A stretch of DNA of 64,000 bases from Marsupella aquatica (lineage: Eukaryota; Plantae; Marchantiophyta), in the NCBI GenBank assembly GCA_973895155.1, contig OZ316897.1:7430470-7494469 (forward strand), written 5' to 3'. Both the position numbers and the translations under genes were made by a program. This document shows positions 10,139-21,756 of this stretch, piece by piece. The notes beneath the pieces were generated by a model. It was not told the origin of the DNA, did no database searches, and was given only the letters and a program-made list of their open reading frames with translations. The number at the start of each line of letters is the position of its first letter. The first letter of the stretch is position 1.

Positions 10139-12661
10139 TGAGGCATACGGACGTTGGTTGTATGGATTTTGAATTATGCAACACCTTGGATGAGGGTAAT
10201 CACGGGTTTATTGGAAGGAGCTCGAGGAGCTGATTCCGGCAAGGTGTGGTACGCCCAGAACGGAGCCAGGATGAGGAAGATAGGGCTCCGCGAAGTTGGT
10301 CGGTACGGGATACTGAAATGACCATAATTGGGTCGTCCAGAGTCCGTTTGCGGAGCCGTTTACGGATTCGTGATCAGGAGGAGCAGAGCTATCCAGGGCT
10401 CTCCTCAGGGGAGTAGTTGGACATATTTGAGGTTTCGACCATGAGTGACCCCCTCACTTCCCCGAGACTACGGATGATTACGGTTGGTACCGGCGAAGGC
10501 ACCGTTGGTACCATAGTGGGCTAGGGGTTTTCATGGTGTGTGTGCCGCATGCTTTAGGTTAGTTTATCTCTTAGATGTTTTTTGGCGGCGCCGCTAGGGT
10601 TGTCGCCGTTGTTGCCATTCTGTGAGGGGTGCTTTGGTGTTTTTTTCAGTATTTAGGGGGAAGGCCCGTAGTGAGAAGGGGGGAACTCAGTCTAGTGTTG
10701 GTGTGAGGGAAGTTAGCTCATAGCCAGAAGGGAAATTAGAGCCAGAGTAGTGAGGTAGAGGTGTAGCACTTGCCCCAGTGAGGCAGGAGTTGGGCAGATG
10801 GCAGGAGGCCGGGTTGTCCTTGCAATGTGTTACCACTTTTTGCCAAAAGATATGGATTTGGTTTGATTCCTCAAGTTTTGGTGTGGCGTTATCTTTTCCG
10901 GCTCACGATTGTGTTCTTTCCCAAGAAGTGTCTAAGGAATACTTGCACGGATTGGTTGACCATGTGAGTAGGGGGGGTGGTGACAACACTCCACCAGCAA
11001 CCAGTAGGAGTGTGTGTGTGTGTGGCGTAGTCCATGGGACTAGATCAAAAGCAGCGGGACTAGTCGGTAGACTTGATCAAAAACTACATTTCCGGGAGTG
11101 GAAATAAACATACTCATCCTACATGCAATAGAATCCTAATAGCGTCCCTCCACGTTCCCGTCACACGATAACAAACAATTTTAGTAGGAGTAAATACGTA
11201 TTTTTTGTGTAAATTGTTTGTTAAGCAGGTGACAAGACCAGAGATCATTTTTTCAACGGTGTGAGCTGTGCGGTGCGGGAGGTGTCGCATGTTGTACTCA
11301 AGTTGAAGGTTGAAGCGAGTTGGTCATTTCGGTAGTTGGATTGTTGTCGAGTTGTTACCGAGTGTGATGTGACGAGTGAAGGAGGCGTTAAGGTTTTTTC
11401 ACAAGCTATGGAGCTTGTTCCCATCTGAACCGGGTTTCTCTTTGTGACGTTCGACTCGGTGGAAGAAACGCGAAGTGCTACGGCTCAACGGATTGATCGC
11501 GGCGAGGCGGTCATTTTGAGCCCGGGTTTGGCACTTGACGCGGAGTGAAGGCAACGCGGTGGAAGTTTTTTCTCTGCTGGAGCTGCAGACTGTGCCGGTG
11601 CAATTCGACAACATTACCCGTCGGCCGCGTTCACTTTCCTCGCTTAAAACAACAGCTTATTAAGTGAGTTTTTCATTCTTGTTTTTCTGGGGGAGTTTTT
11701 TGGTTTTATAGGGGGTTTGTAACCCCTTGTGTGTGTACATACACACAACCCCCGGCCCCGTGTACTTGAGTTACCCCCCCCGCACTCCCGTTCTTGTAGG
11801 CGCTGCGGCGCCTCATGCAGTGCCGGCTGGCGCTATAAGCGCAACCAAGGCTGTCCCTCTTGCCCTCGCCCTTCGCGCGCCCTTTGCCCTTTGTGCGCTT
11901 GCTCCTCCCTCCCTCTGGCTCCTTTAACGTGACCCCGTGGCCACGTTACGCCCACGACCCCACGCATGCCCTGCCACCCCGGTTCAGTCCCACTTGCACA
12001 CGGCAGCCCGCAGGCCGCCTGCCTCGCCCTCCACGCCAAGTTTACTCCCCGGCCCGAGCCCGCGCCTGTACCAGGCAGCATACGGCCGCCTGTACCCTGG
12101 CCTTCAGGGATACACTTCTACCCCATACAAGGTGTATTTGTTATTTGGGGGGCGTTTGGACCCCCTTTAAGGCCTTTTTTTGTCTCTTTTTCTTCTCATT
12201 GGTTCTCCTTATGTGCCGGGATCTATCGCCCTCCGTTTTAATTGCTCTGACAGAGGGAACGGCCCCCTATAAGACCTGTCAAACTATGCAGGAATATTCC
12301 CAAAAAACAGAGAGCTATTTTTTGGCCGTCTGACAAAGATTCCGTCCGCCAAATGGTAACTTTTTTGGTTCTTTTTGGGCAAGATCGTAACCACTGGAGT
12401 TAGCAACGTGGCGCACCGATCACATTGCAATTCCAACGACGGGTTGTACTTGGTATTTTGGTTATTCCCTGAGGTGGTCAAAATGGGGGAGTTTCCCAAG
12501 GTTTTACCCACCCCGACCAAAATTTGAATAACTTTTCAGTCAAATTTCAATTTTTATTTTGGCTTTCAGTATTGGACTCCTAGCTTGGTGGGCTACGTAC
12601 ACGGTGGTGTTGAGTTTTATGAGAAGTTTCAAAAAAAGACATTTTTTCGTGATTTTCTCAT

Positions 12662-15600
12662 ATGAGTGACTCGAAGAATACTAGAAGAATTGGCTTCGGT
12701 AGAGCTTCAGGATGGCGACGGTCAGACAAAGAGTCTAAGGAGGAGCTGCTACCGTTTGAGGAGGAACAAGTTTCACCGGTACGATCACCGGTGCGACGTT
12801 CAGTGGAGGAAGCTGTTCTACCACCAGAGCTGTCGGTAGTGGGGAAGAAGAGGGAAATGGCTAGATTTGAAGGAGTGAAGTTTGAGGTGGAGAAGTACGA
12901 TGGTCGTACTGATTACTTGCTCTGTGAGAAGCAAGTGAAGGGTGTTCTACGGGCCATGGGCTTAGCTCATCTGCTTTCTTCCAAGAGCAGTATGATGGAG
13001 AGGAGGAGCTTTTTGTGAAGCAATGGAAATAGGAGATAAGTAATCTCATCAGTTATCAGTCACTTTCATCAGTGTACCTGATATCAGCTGCCACCTCATC
13101 GCAGAGAGGCCACCAAGTTGCGATGCGAAAAAGAAAAAAAATGAAGAAAAAAAATCATTGAATTTTTCTTCAAAATTTGAAGGAAAACTAATTTTTTTCA
13201 AATTTTTTTTCGCCATGAGGCGTCCGTACCGTACGGACACCTATCTCGGCGAGCCCAGCCGAGATGGGAAAAAAACCCTGGAAATAGGAGCAGTGATTGC
13301 TGTCAATGCAATGATTATGCGGATTGTGCGTCACTGTTCAAGGCTCTAAGAGAGAAGTACTACTGGGAAGATGTGTCAGACCGGCTGTACAAGAAGTCTC
13401 TCTTGATGAGCCTCAGGCTCAAGGAAGGGAGCAAACTGTAGGATCACCATGAGTTTGACAGTCTAGCGGTGGATCTGTCAAACCTAGGTAAGGGAGTTGA
13501 AGATGAGGATAAGGCCTTGCTTCTGCTAAGCTCCTTACCGCCATCTTATCAGGGCTTGAAACAGGTGCTCTTGTACAAAGATCTGAAGTCCATTTTGTAT
13601 AATGAGGTGGTGAGCTCTTTACTGTCTAATGATGCTCAAAAGAAGCTGGGTCAATCACAGACAGCATCTTCTTCTGGCACTGCGCTGAACGTGAACCGTG
13701 GAAGACCAGTGTAGCGCACAAATGGGCAAAACAAGTTTAGATCTACATCACGGGGGAGATCTAAATCCAAAGGGAAATTGCAAGAGAAGAAGCCTCTTGC
13801 ATGTTGGAGATGTGGCAAGCTTGGCCACATGAAAAGGGATTGTCGAGTAAAGGACCCTACTGCATCAGCTAATGCGGCATCGAGCGCATCTGAGGTAGAT
13901 TTACTCGATGATGATGACATATTGTGATGCCAAGGTTATGCTCTCAACGTAGTGTCATATCCTGGTAGTGATGACTGGATTCTAGATAGTGCATGTACTT
14001 TTCACATTTGCTCTAGGAGAGATTTTTTCAGTTCTTACACGGTTTCCAACGGGTCAATGTTGATGGGAAATGGAATCCCATGTCAAGTAGTTGGACTTGG
14101 ATCTGTTAGATTTTAGATGTTTGATGGTGCAGTAAGAACGTTGAGGACTGTGAGACATATTCCCAACATGATGAAAAATCTCATTTCACTTGGAGTTTTA
14201 GAAGCAAATGGCCATCAATGGAGTTCTGCTAATGGTGTCCTTCAGGTTTCAACTGGTACTAAAATTGTATTGAAAGAAAAGAGATATAATAATCTATACG
14301 TTTTGGAGGGCAGTGTAGTCTGTGATGAAGCCAATGTAACTTTATCTCATGAGGAGATGGCCCGGCTGTGGCACTTCCGTTTGGGCCACATGAGTGAAAA
14401 AGGTTTGGCTATTCTTCAGAAAAAAGGATTACTTTCTAATTTGCAATCTTGTAAGCTGGAATTCTATGAGCATTGTGTGCTTGGGAAGCAGCATAGGAAA
14501 CCCTTCGAAGTTGGAACTCACACCAGCAAAGAGGTACTTGAGTATGTACATAGTGATGTGTGGGGTCCAGCCCCTACTCCCTCACATTCTGGATGGTTAT
14601 ACTATGTCACGTTCATAGACGATTACTCAAGGTATGTGTGGATATACTTTCTACACAATAAGTCTGATGTTTTTGCCACTTTTAAGGAGTGGAAAGCCCA
14701 AGTTGAGAATCAGACTGGTAATAAGGTGAGATATCTTCGATCGGATAATGGCAGTGAATACAGTTCTGGGGAATTTGGAACGTATTGTAAGGAGCGAGTG
14801 ATTACCCGCCATCTCATAACAAGTTATACTCCTCAACAGAATGGTGTTTCTGAGAGACTCAACCGAACACTATTGGACCGCTCGAGAAGTATGTTGAGTC
14901 AATCATGCTTACCATATGAGTTTTGGGCTGAAACTGTTAACACTGCAGCTTATTTGGTAAATTTTTCTCCATCCAGTTCTATTGGATTTTAGACGCCATT
15001 TGAAATGAGGTACGGGCGTCCAGCAGATTACTCACATCTGAGGATTTTTGGATGTGATGCTTATGTGATGCTTACACCTTCCGAGCTTCGATCCAAGCTG
15101 GAGTCCAAGTCGAAGGAATGCATTTCCTTGGCTATCAAAAAGGTGTGAAGGGTTATAGGTTATGGGATCCAGTAACCTATAAACTAATTGTCAGTAGAGA
15201 TGTGTCCTTTAATGAATCCAGATCATCAAAGGAGGGGGAGAGTTCTGAGGACTCCCATACTGACAAGGGGAATCTCCCATCCCAGACTAGGTTGAGAGGG
15301 AGATTAGTCATGATGTTGTTCATGACAGGAGAGATGGAGAAGCTCCGGGCTTGGAGCTGGTTCCTATGATGGAACAAGAGGAGCAGTTTGTTGTTGGGGT
15401 ACCTCAAATTCAACCAGCAGCAAAAGCAGATTAGCCTGAGTCATCTACTAGAAGAACTTACAGTCATTCTACTAGAGCTCCTACCAGGTATGGTCAATGG
15501 GCAGACTCATCTAAGCTAGATGATATTGACATTGCACCTGATGATGATGATATGACTTTGATCTTGGAAGAAGGAGAGCCTTCTTCGTATAGTGAGGCTT

Positions 15601-17145
15601 GTGCTTCTGAGCAAAAGCATGAGTGGAATGCAGCAATGCAGAGGGAGTTACAATTTTTGAGTAACAATAAGACATGGGAGCTGGTGGAGCTTCCAAGAGG
15701 TCAGCAAGTGGTGGACAGCAAGTGGATTTACAAGTTGAAGGACAGTCCTTCAGAGGGTGGAGATAAGATCTACAAGGCAAGGCTTGTTACCAAGGGATTC
15801 ACTCACGAGAAAGGAGTGAATTACAATGAGGTCTTTTCACCGGTGGCTAAGTATTCCACAATTCGGATCTTGTGTCAGCTTGTTGTGTTTTTTGATCTGG
15901 TGATAGATCAGATGGATGTTGTTACTGCTTTTCTCTATGGCAACTTGGAAGAGATGATCTTCATGAGATAGCCAGTAGGCTTTATGAAGAAGGGCCAAGA
16001 GAACTTAGTTTGCAGATTGCTGAAGTTCTTGTATGGATTGAAGCAATCTCCCAGACAGTGGAACAAGCGGTTTGATGATTTCATGTTTGCTCAAGGTTTT
16101 ATAAGGATGGTGTATGATCCTTGTGTGTATATGAAATCAGTCAAGAATGATGTATTGGTTTCATCATTTTGGTTATCTATGTGGATGACATGCTGATTGT
16201 GGCTAAAGATCAATCTGAGGTTGAAAAACTCAAGGCAAAATTGAGTTTTGAATTTAGGATGAAAGATCTTGGTAAGGCCAAGAGGATCTTAGGGATGGAG
16301 ATTTTTACGAACTTTGATACTGGACAGTTGTGCTTGAGTCAAGGCCAGTATGCGAGGAACGTACTTGCATGATTCAACATGGAAAACTGTAAGCCAGTGA
16401 GTATTCCTTTAGCTTCACATTTCAAGTTATCATCGGCTTTCTCTCCTACGGATGCTATGGAGAAGGTCTGATGGCTAAGATTCCTTATAAGCAAGAAGTA
16501 GGCAATCTGATGTATTTGATGACTTGTACTAGGCCTGACTTGGCCCTAGCGATGGGCAAGGTTAGCAGATTCATGTCAAATCCAGGGAAGGTACATTGGA
16601 AAGCTGTGAAATGGATTCTCAGGTATCTGAAGGGTACACAGGACTATGGATTACTATTTGATGCCAAATCAGATAGAACATTAGTTGGCTATGTAGATTC
16701 TGACTATGGAGGCTGTCTGGATACAAGGAGGTCTACAACTAGGTTTGTATTTACTCTTGGAGGAGGATGTATCAGTTGGAAATCTACCTTGCAGAAGTGT
16801 ATATCTCAGTCTACTACAAAAGTAGAGTATGTTGTAGCAGTAGAAGCAGCAAAGGAAGAAATTTGGTTGGACAAGTTGATCGCGAAGATGGGTTTAGAGG
16901 ATGGCAAAATGTCTCTAAACTGTGATAGCCAGAGTGCTCTTCATTTGGATGCTAACCAGGTGATGGATAGCAGGGTGAAGCACATTAATATCAGGTCCCA
17001 TTTTATCAGGCAAGCAGTGTCTGATAAAACTTTTGAGCTAGTCAAGATTGATGGAAAGCTCAATCCTGCTGATTCCTTTACCAGAGTGATTCCTTTGGAG
17101 AGTTTCTCAAGACACCGTGCTACTTTGCAGGTTTTGCAGTTGTAA
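12662..17145 (+). pseudogene. Copia gag-pol polyprotein, disrupted by stops, frameshifts and an insertion
   Basis: Gag KFEVEKYDG and EDEDKALLLLSSLP; zinc knuckle CWRCGKLGHMKRDC (~13802); protease WILDSAC (~13976); LWHFRLGHMSE; integrase VHSDVWGP, LRSDNG, PQQNGVSER; RT YKARLV, QMDVVTAFL, LYGLKQSPR, YVDDM; RNase H GYVDSD, NPADSFT. Confidence 0.95.
13036..13290. mobile_element. 255-bp insertion in copia gag, flanked by 12-bp direct repeats, with a hAT-like right end
   Basis: TGGAAATAGGAG at 13024-13035 and 13279-13290. The insert is A/T-run rich, has palindromes GTCCGTAC-C-GTACGGAC and ATCTCGGC...GCCGAGAT, and ends AAAAAACCCTG. Gag-like coding resumes downstream. Confidence 0.7.
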
Positions 17146-17333
17146 TGCAAGTAAAGTTATTTAGCAATGTGTGATTATTTGTGTATGGATTACTCATTCC
17201 AGTTTGGCTACGACTTAGTTCTAGTTAACCCTTGTGGTTTTTAGGGGGAGACATGTTTAGGTGATTGTCTAGAACTTCTCACTGAGGATTCCATATGGTA
17301 GCATTCATTAGTCCAGTCCCCAAGACAAGAGTC

Positions 17334-17342
17334 AAAGGGGAG
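17334..17342 (+). other. Polypurine tract
   Basis: AAAGGGGAG, 2 nt before the 3' LTR. Confidence 0.85.
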
Positions 17343-17344
17343 TT

Positions 17345-17681
17345 TGTTAGATATTGCTCTAGTCTTGTGACTCATGAGCTAACCACAGTTAGTCTAACTC
17401 GAGTTAGGACTTAGCTAATGTTAGCAGTAGTGCTCTTGTGTATTAAGCCAAGGCTGATGCCAGACCCTGGGTGGAACTTAGGCTCATTGTTACGGAGCTA
17501 GTTGAGAAATAGGGAGAGCTTGTGTTGTGGATGCTTGGTATGGCCTAGAGTGCAGTAAAGCTCTTGTGTGTTCCCGTGGACATAGCCTCATGTGGACGTG
17601 AACCACGTATCTCTCTATGTCGACTCTTGTGCGTTGGACGGTTCATGGGCTTGCAGTTGCGAATGTCGTCTATGCTCAACA
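17345..17681 (+). repeat. Copia 3' LTR (337 bp)
   Basis: TGTTAGATATTG...CTCAACA, followed by TSD GGTTG. Confidence 0.96.
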
Positions 17682-19259
17682 GGTTGAGCAGATTGAAGGC
17701 AGGGCGGACCATGTGCACAGTCCCTGCAAATTTTACTTGAAACCTTTTTGAGTAAAGACTACTTGTATCTTTTTGTTTTTTTGTTTTTGTTTTGTTTTTG
17801 GAGACCTCATAATTATGCCTACTAATTTTGGGGACTCTAATGTTCTTATAAGTCTCAAAATTTGATTTAAAGAATACTATTGTTCTTCTCAGAAATTTCT
17901 TAAGTCTTTCTTTTGAACCAATAAAATGACCCCTATACTTTGTCGCACGTGATGTGTCATTTTTGTGGAAGTGAAACCCCTGAGGATACAACACGGGTTG
18001 AGGCTAGCTAATACTGAGTTGCCACATGACAACGAGAACCCCTATACAAGGTAATCCTGACCCAATTACAAAAGGGGGGATGGATTGATAAGTTACTTTT
18101 GCAATGCTTGTGTGCACCTGTACGGTAAGACTCAAAAAGCAGGACAGCCAGGCTACAAGGACAAGGAGCCCCCCAAAGTTCTTATTTGAAAGAGAAAACT
18201 TCTCGGGTGCTTTTTTCTGCGGTTTGCATCAGGTCTTTTATTGTTCGCGGAGACCTAACCTGGGTTAGCCATGGATTGAAACAGCTACATTCTGTACTCA
18301 ATTTATGGATCTCTTTGCCCCTTCGTCCAAAACAGAGTGTCAATCTAATCGATAAAATACAAGAATGGCAACAAATCTAAGCCTAAGCTTGTCACTATTT
18401 GGAAAGCGGAATCATTTTGTATTAAATCAAAAGAGAAATGATTCCATGTTCTTCTTTGGATTTTGAAAAAGTAGCTTTATGAATCCCAGAAAGAGTACAT
18501 ATATAGAAAACAAAAACATAAAGTTACAAGAAATTAATATGGTTGACGAGTGGGGCCCCATTAAAATTATGACGCGAGGAGAATACAATAAAACTTTACG
18601 AATCTTCATTACAGGTGTTGTGCTCCTTTTCGCAAGCCGACGACTAATCATTATTGTACAGGTCTTGGTTTGCTACAAGACAAAATGTTGAAACTGTCAA
18701 CTCGGTTCTGCTTGTCAATGTAATAACTTATTTCCTTCCTTTTTTGAAAATGGGTGAAGACTTTTTTTAATTAAAAGGAAAACCAATCAACCAAATCCCG
18801 GGTTTATATGTTTCTGTATTTATGAGAGTTACTACATTGGCATCTTTTCGGGTAGAAATTGCTAACTTGTCATATTTTTTGCTTTATTAGTAATTTATCA
18901 CTTTTTTTCCTCACGGGTAAGTTAACCATGTAAAATTAAGCTGAGATGATCCAACGGTCAAGTTTGCAAGATCCAACAAAATTAAACGATTCAAAGCTTG
19001 CTCTCCATTTGATTTCCTGCAGCCGCAACTAATATTTTCTCTCAGAGACCAGTCCTGTGAACCTACTGTCTTCTGGACCCTCTGGCAGGTAGTCTACACA
19101 TATGTAATCTTAAGGTATCACTTCCCTTGGTAAAAATGAGGCCCAAGTTTCTAGATTTCTCTCCTCTCCTAGGTGTTATTGTCTGTAACTTGGAGCTCAC
19201 ATTTCAGGTACTCAAGCCCTCAATTTGGGCTGCCACTGAGCTCGGCCGGGCTTGGCTTC

Positions 19260-19845
19260 CCCTAGACTATGCCCACACTGCTTTCCGCCAAAGTCGCCAC
19301 CCTCAATCATCTTTTCAAAGACAAAAAGTTCAAATTTCAGCTGCATGTGTGGCAGACCACATTTTTTGACATTTAAGTTCATTTTGATTCATTTTTTCTT
19401 GTTTCTTCTCCGGAGAGAGACTGCAAGGCTCCCCATTGAACTGACACTAAACTCTCCTTGCCTATGCCCACACTCTTTGTTCCCCCTAAGTTGCAGCCCT
19501 CAATCAAGTCTTTAAAAAGAAGAATGTTGAAATGTGTAACTTCAATCACTTTTCTTAGAAAGAAGAATGTTGAAATGTTTACACATTTCAATTACATGGA
19601 TGGCAGACTGCATTTTTCACATTTGTAATTCATTTTGAATTGTACTTGCTTGTTTCTCTTGGGAAGATCAAGAGAATTTGTGCTTATGTCCACACTCCCT
19701 TTCCCCAAAGCTGCAGCCCTAAATTTTCATTTGTTTCTATATAATTTCAATTGCATATTTGACCCCATTCCACAGATTGTGTCATCTTCATTTGTTTTTG
19801 CTGGTTTCTTCTCAGGAGAAAGGCTGCAAGGCTCCCCATTGATAG
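19260..19845. repeat. Degenerate ~200-bp-period repeat region
   Basis: (C/T)TATG(C/T)CCACACT at ~19268, 19462 and 19684; GTTTCTTCTC.GGAGA.AG.CTGCAAGGCTCCCCATTGA at ~19401 and 19805. Confidence 0.6.
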
Positions 19846-20262
19846 TGAGCTCTGCACTCACTTCAAGGGGTATTCACATCAAGTTTTCAGGCATTTGTTT
19901 TTCTTCAAAATGGCTTGTTGTCAATAGAAGACGAAGGGGCTATTTTGAGTAGTTTTAGGTCAAATTGTTGTGACAACTGTGACTGGGAGAGCACAATCTT
20001 GTGGCATGGTACTTGATGATGACAAGGTGGATACTGCATGGAGGCTTTAACAGGTTTTGCTAAAGTGTCGTGGTCTATGGTGACTTAAATTGTTAGAGTC
20101 TACATTTGTGCTATGGGGAAATCAACTGGAAAGGAAGCCCTATACCGGTCAGAAAATGAGGTGGGTGTTAATCTGAGATCAATTCTGTCCAAGGGAACAT
20201 GCAAATCCAGCCTTTGAAATTGTCTCCAGTTAATTGTGGTTCACTTAAAGAACAAAAAGAGT

Positions 20263-21756
20263 GGAAAATTTACTAATTACACAAAAAAGGTGGCAAGTTA
20301 GTAATTTGGCAAAAAAAGGTGGCAATGTAGACATTCTCAAATTTTGTACATTTCATATAAATTCTTAGAACTATTAAACCTATCCTTATACTGCAGTCTA
20401 CTTTCGTGAGTCTTTGGTGCAACTTTGAACCAAAACTTTCAAAAAACTTCTTATTGTGCACTAGCCTTAAACGCATGATGCCTTTGCATATGAGTTTGAA
20501 CCTTTGACCAAGTCTACACCATGTATGGTAACCATGTAATCAACGTTAGAAGACACTTGTCCAAATGCTGTGCACAGCATTTCAAGTTCTAGAATCTTTT
20601 TCCTCCTCCCCGCCATTGAGAATAATTTCATGAGTTTGGCAATCAAGAGATGAGGGAGCACAATGCACACCTCTGTTCTTGAATTCACTTATGGCTTGCG
20701 ATGGCAGTGAATTTGTGAATGAAAGATGTGGAGACTTGGACATTGGGATAGAAATCAGATCAGGAATGAAAGGGAAGGGAATTGAAGGCGATGTCGGAAT
20801 ATAGTTATCTTATTTATTTATGAGAACTCCAGGCCAGAAGAAGTTTGTCTTTTGGATTTTGGTTCTCTCTTTGTATGAAGCTGTGGCTTGGTCAATCCAT
20901 AACAGTAGAGGGAACCCCACAGTGGAAGCAGATCTGCATCTCTCAGACGGGAGCTTCCACCGTGCGGCAGTGCCCAGTGTGACATCAACAGGAATCTACC
21001 GGGCCTTAGAGTTGCGAGATGGAGGCAAGGATTACATGGGCAAGAGGGTTACGAAAGCTGTGAGTGAGCAACATCCAGACCATCATCAAGCCTGCTCTCA
21101 TCGGTAAGGACCCGACTGAACAGACCGCTATCGCAATCTCATGGTCCATCAGCTGGATGGCACTCAGAATGAGTGGGGCTGGTGCAAGCAAAAGCTCGGA
21201 GCCAATGCCATCCTTGTTGTGTCCCTGGCTGTTGCTCAAGCTGGACATGATTTCGTCTTAGTTTCAAGTCTATGTCTCGATAGAGACGACTGCTATGCCT
21301 GCCAAACAGAAGGAAATAAAAGGAAAGCACTTCAAACCTGATCGATGTGACTCCGTCGCTGAAGAGAAGAGCATGGGACGCAAAGAACCAGCAAAGAACA
21401 AACGAGCAGGGGAATGAGCAAAGAATTATCAGGCAGGGGCACGAGAGACCTATGCATCACTATTAATACTGGTTAGTTAATCCAGGTCGCAATTTTGAAA
21501 ACATTCAAAACTTTGAAAGTATCCGTTTCGGTCCCGGGAAACTTTCGCACAATTTTGGTGCAGCTTTGATGAATCAAAAAACTTCAGAAGTCAATATTTT
21601 TTTCCCATGCGTCGTTGGAGCTCTAAGTTGCATGGATCATCCCTAATTAGAGGAGTTTACGGATAGGTTTATTACAAGTGAATTTGTTCCAGGTCAGTAA
21701 CGGGGTTCTGGCCATAACATGCCACCGTCAAATCTGTGAATAGTTTGTTTTTCTGG
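20263..21756. mobile_element. Possible old Mutator-like (Pack-MULE-type) element enclosing the enolase fragment
   Basis: Left end GGAAAATTTACTAATTACAC is MULE-TIR-like. Patchy collinear inverted matches on the right: AAACCTATCC ~20376 vs GGATAGGTTT 21661; TGCAACTT vs AAGTTGCA; GGTGGCA vs TGCCACC. No TSD identified. Confidence 0.3.
20877..21245 (+). pseudogene. ENO: Cytosolic enolase N-terminal fragment (~120 codons), intronless, with two frameshifts
   Basis: [70 protein letters not shown] (includes the plant EWGWC insert), spread over three frames. Confidence 0.93.

Larger units (their letters stand above)
6739..11234. mobile_element. Nested 4,496-bp TG...CA insertion, solo-LTR-like, in the copia leader
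   Basis: Begins TGTGAC and ends GTGACA; flanked by 5-bp direct repeat AGACC (6734-6738, 11235-11239); no internal LTR pair, gag or pol seen. Confidence 0.8.
6141..17681 (+). mobile_element. Full-length, decayed Ty1/copia LTR retrotransposon (Tnt1-like) carrying two nested insertions
   Basis: Paired TG...CA LTRs; 5-bp TSD GGTTG (6136-6140, 17682-17686); Met-PBS; PPT; domain order gag-PR-INT-RT-RH. Confidence 0.97.

Noticed and set aside
6750-11225. Weak direct similarity near both ends of the nested element (CCCGTCAC.CGA...ACAAA.AAT), and CCCGTCACA at 11157-11165 as an alternative right end
   Set aside because: Too short and degenerate for an LTR pair and the right copy has no TG start; the 11165 end has no TSD, whereas 11234 does.
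13925-13927. In-frame TGA between gag and protease as programmed read-through
   Set aside because: The element has many other decay stops, so one copy cannot distinguish this from mutation.
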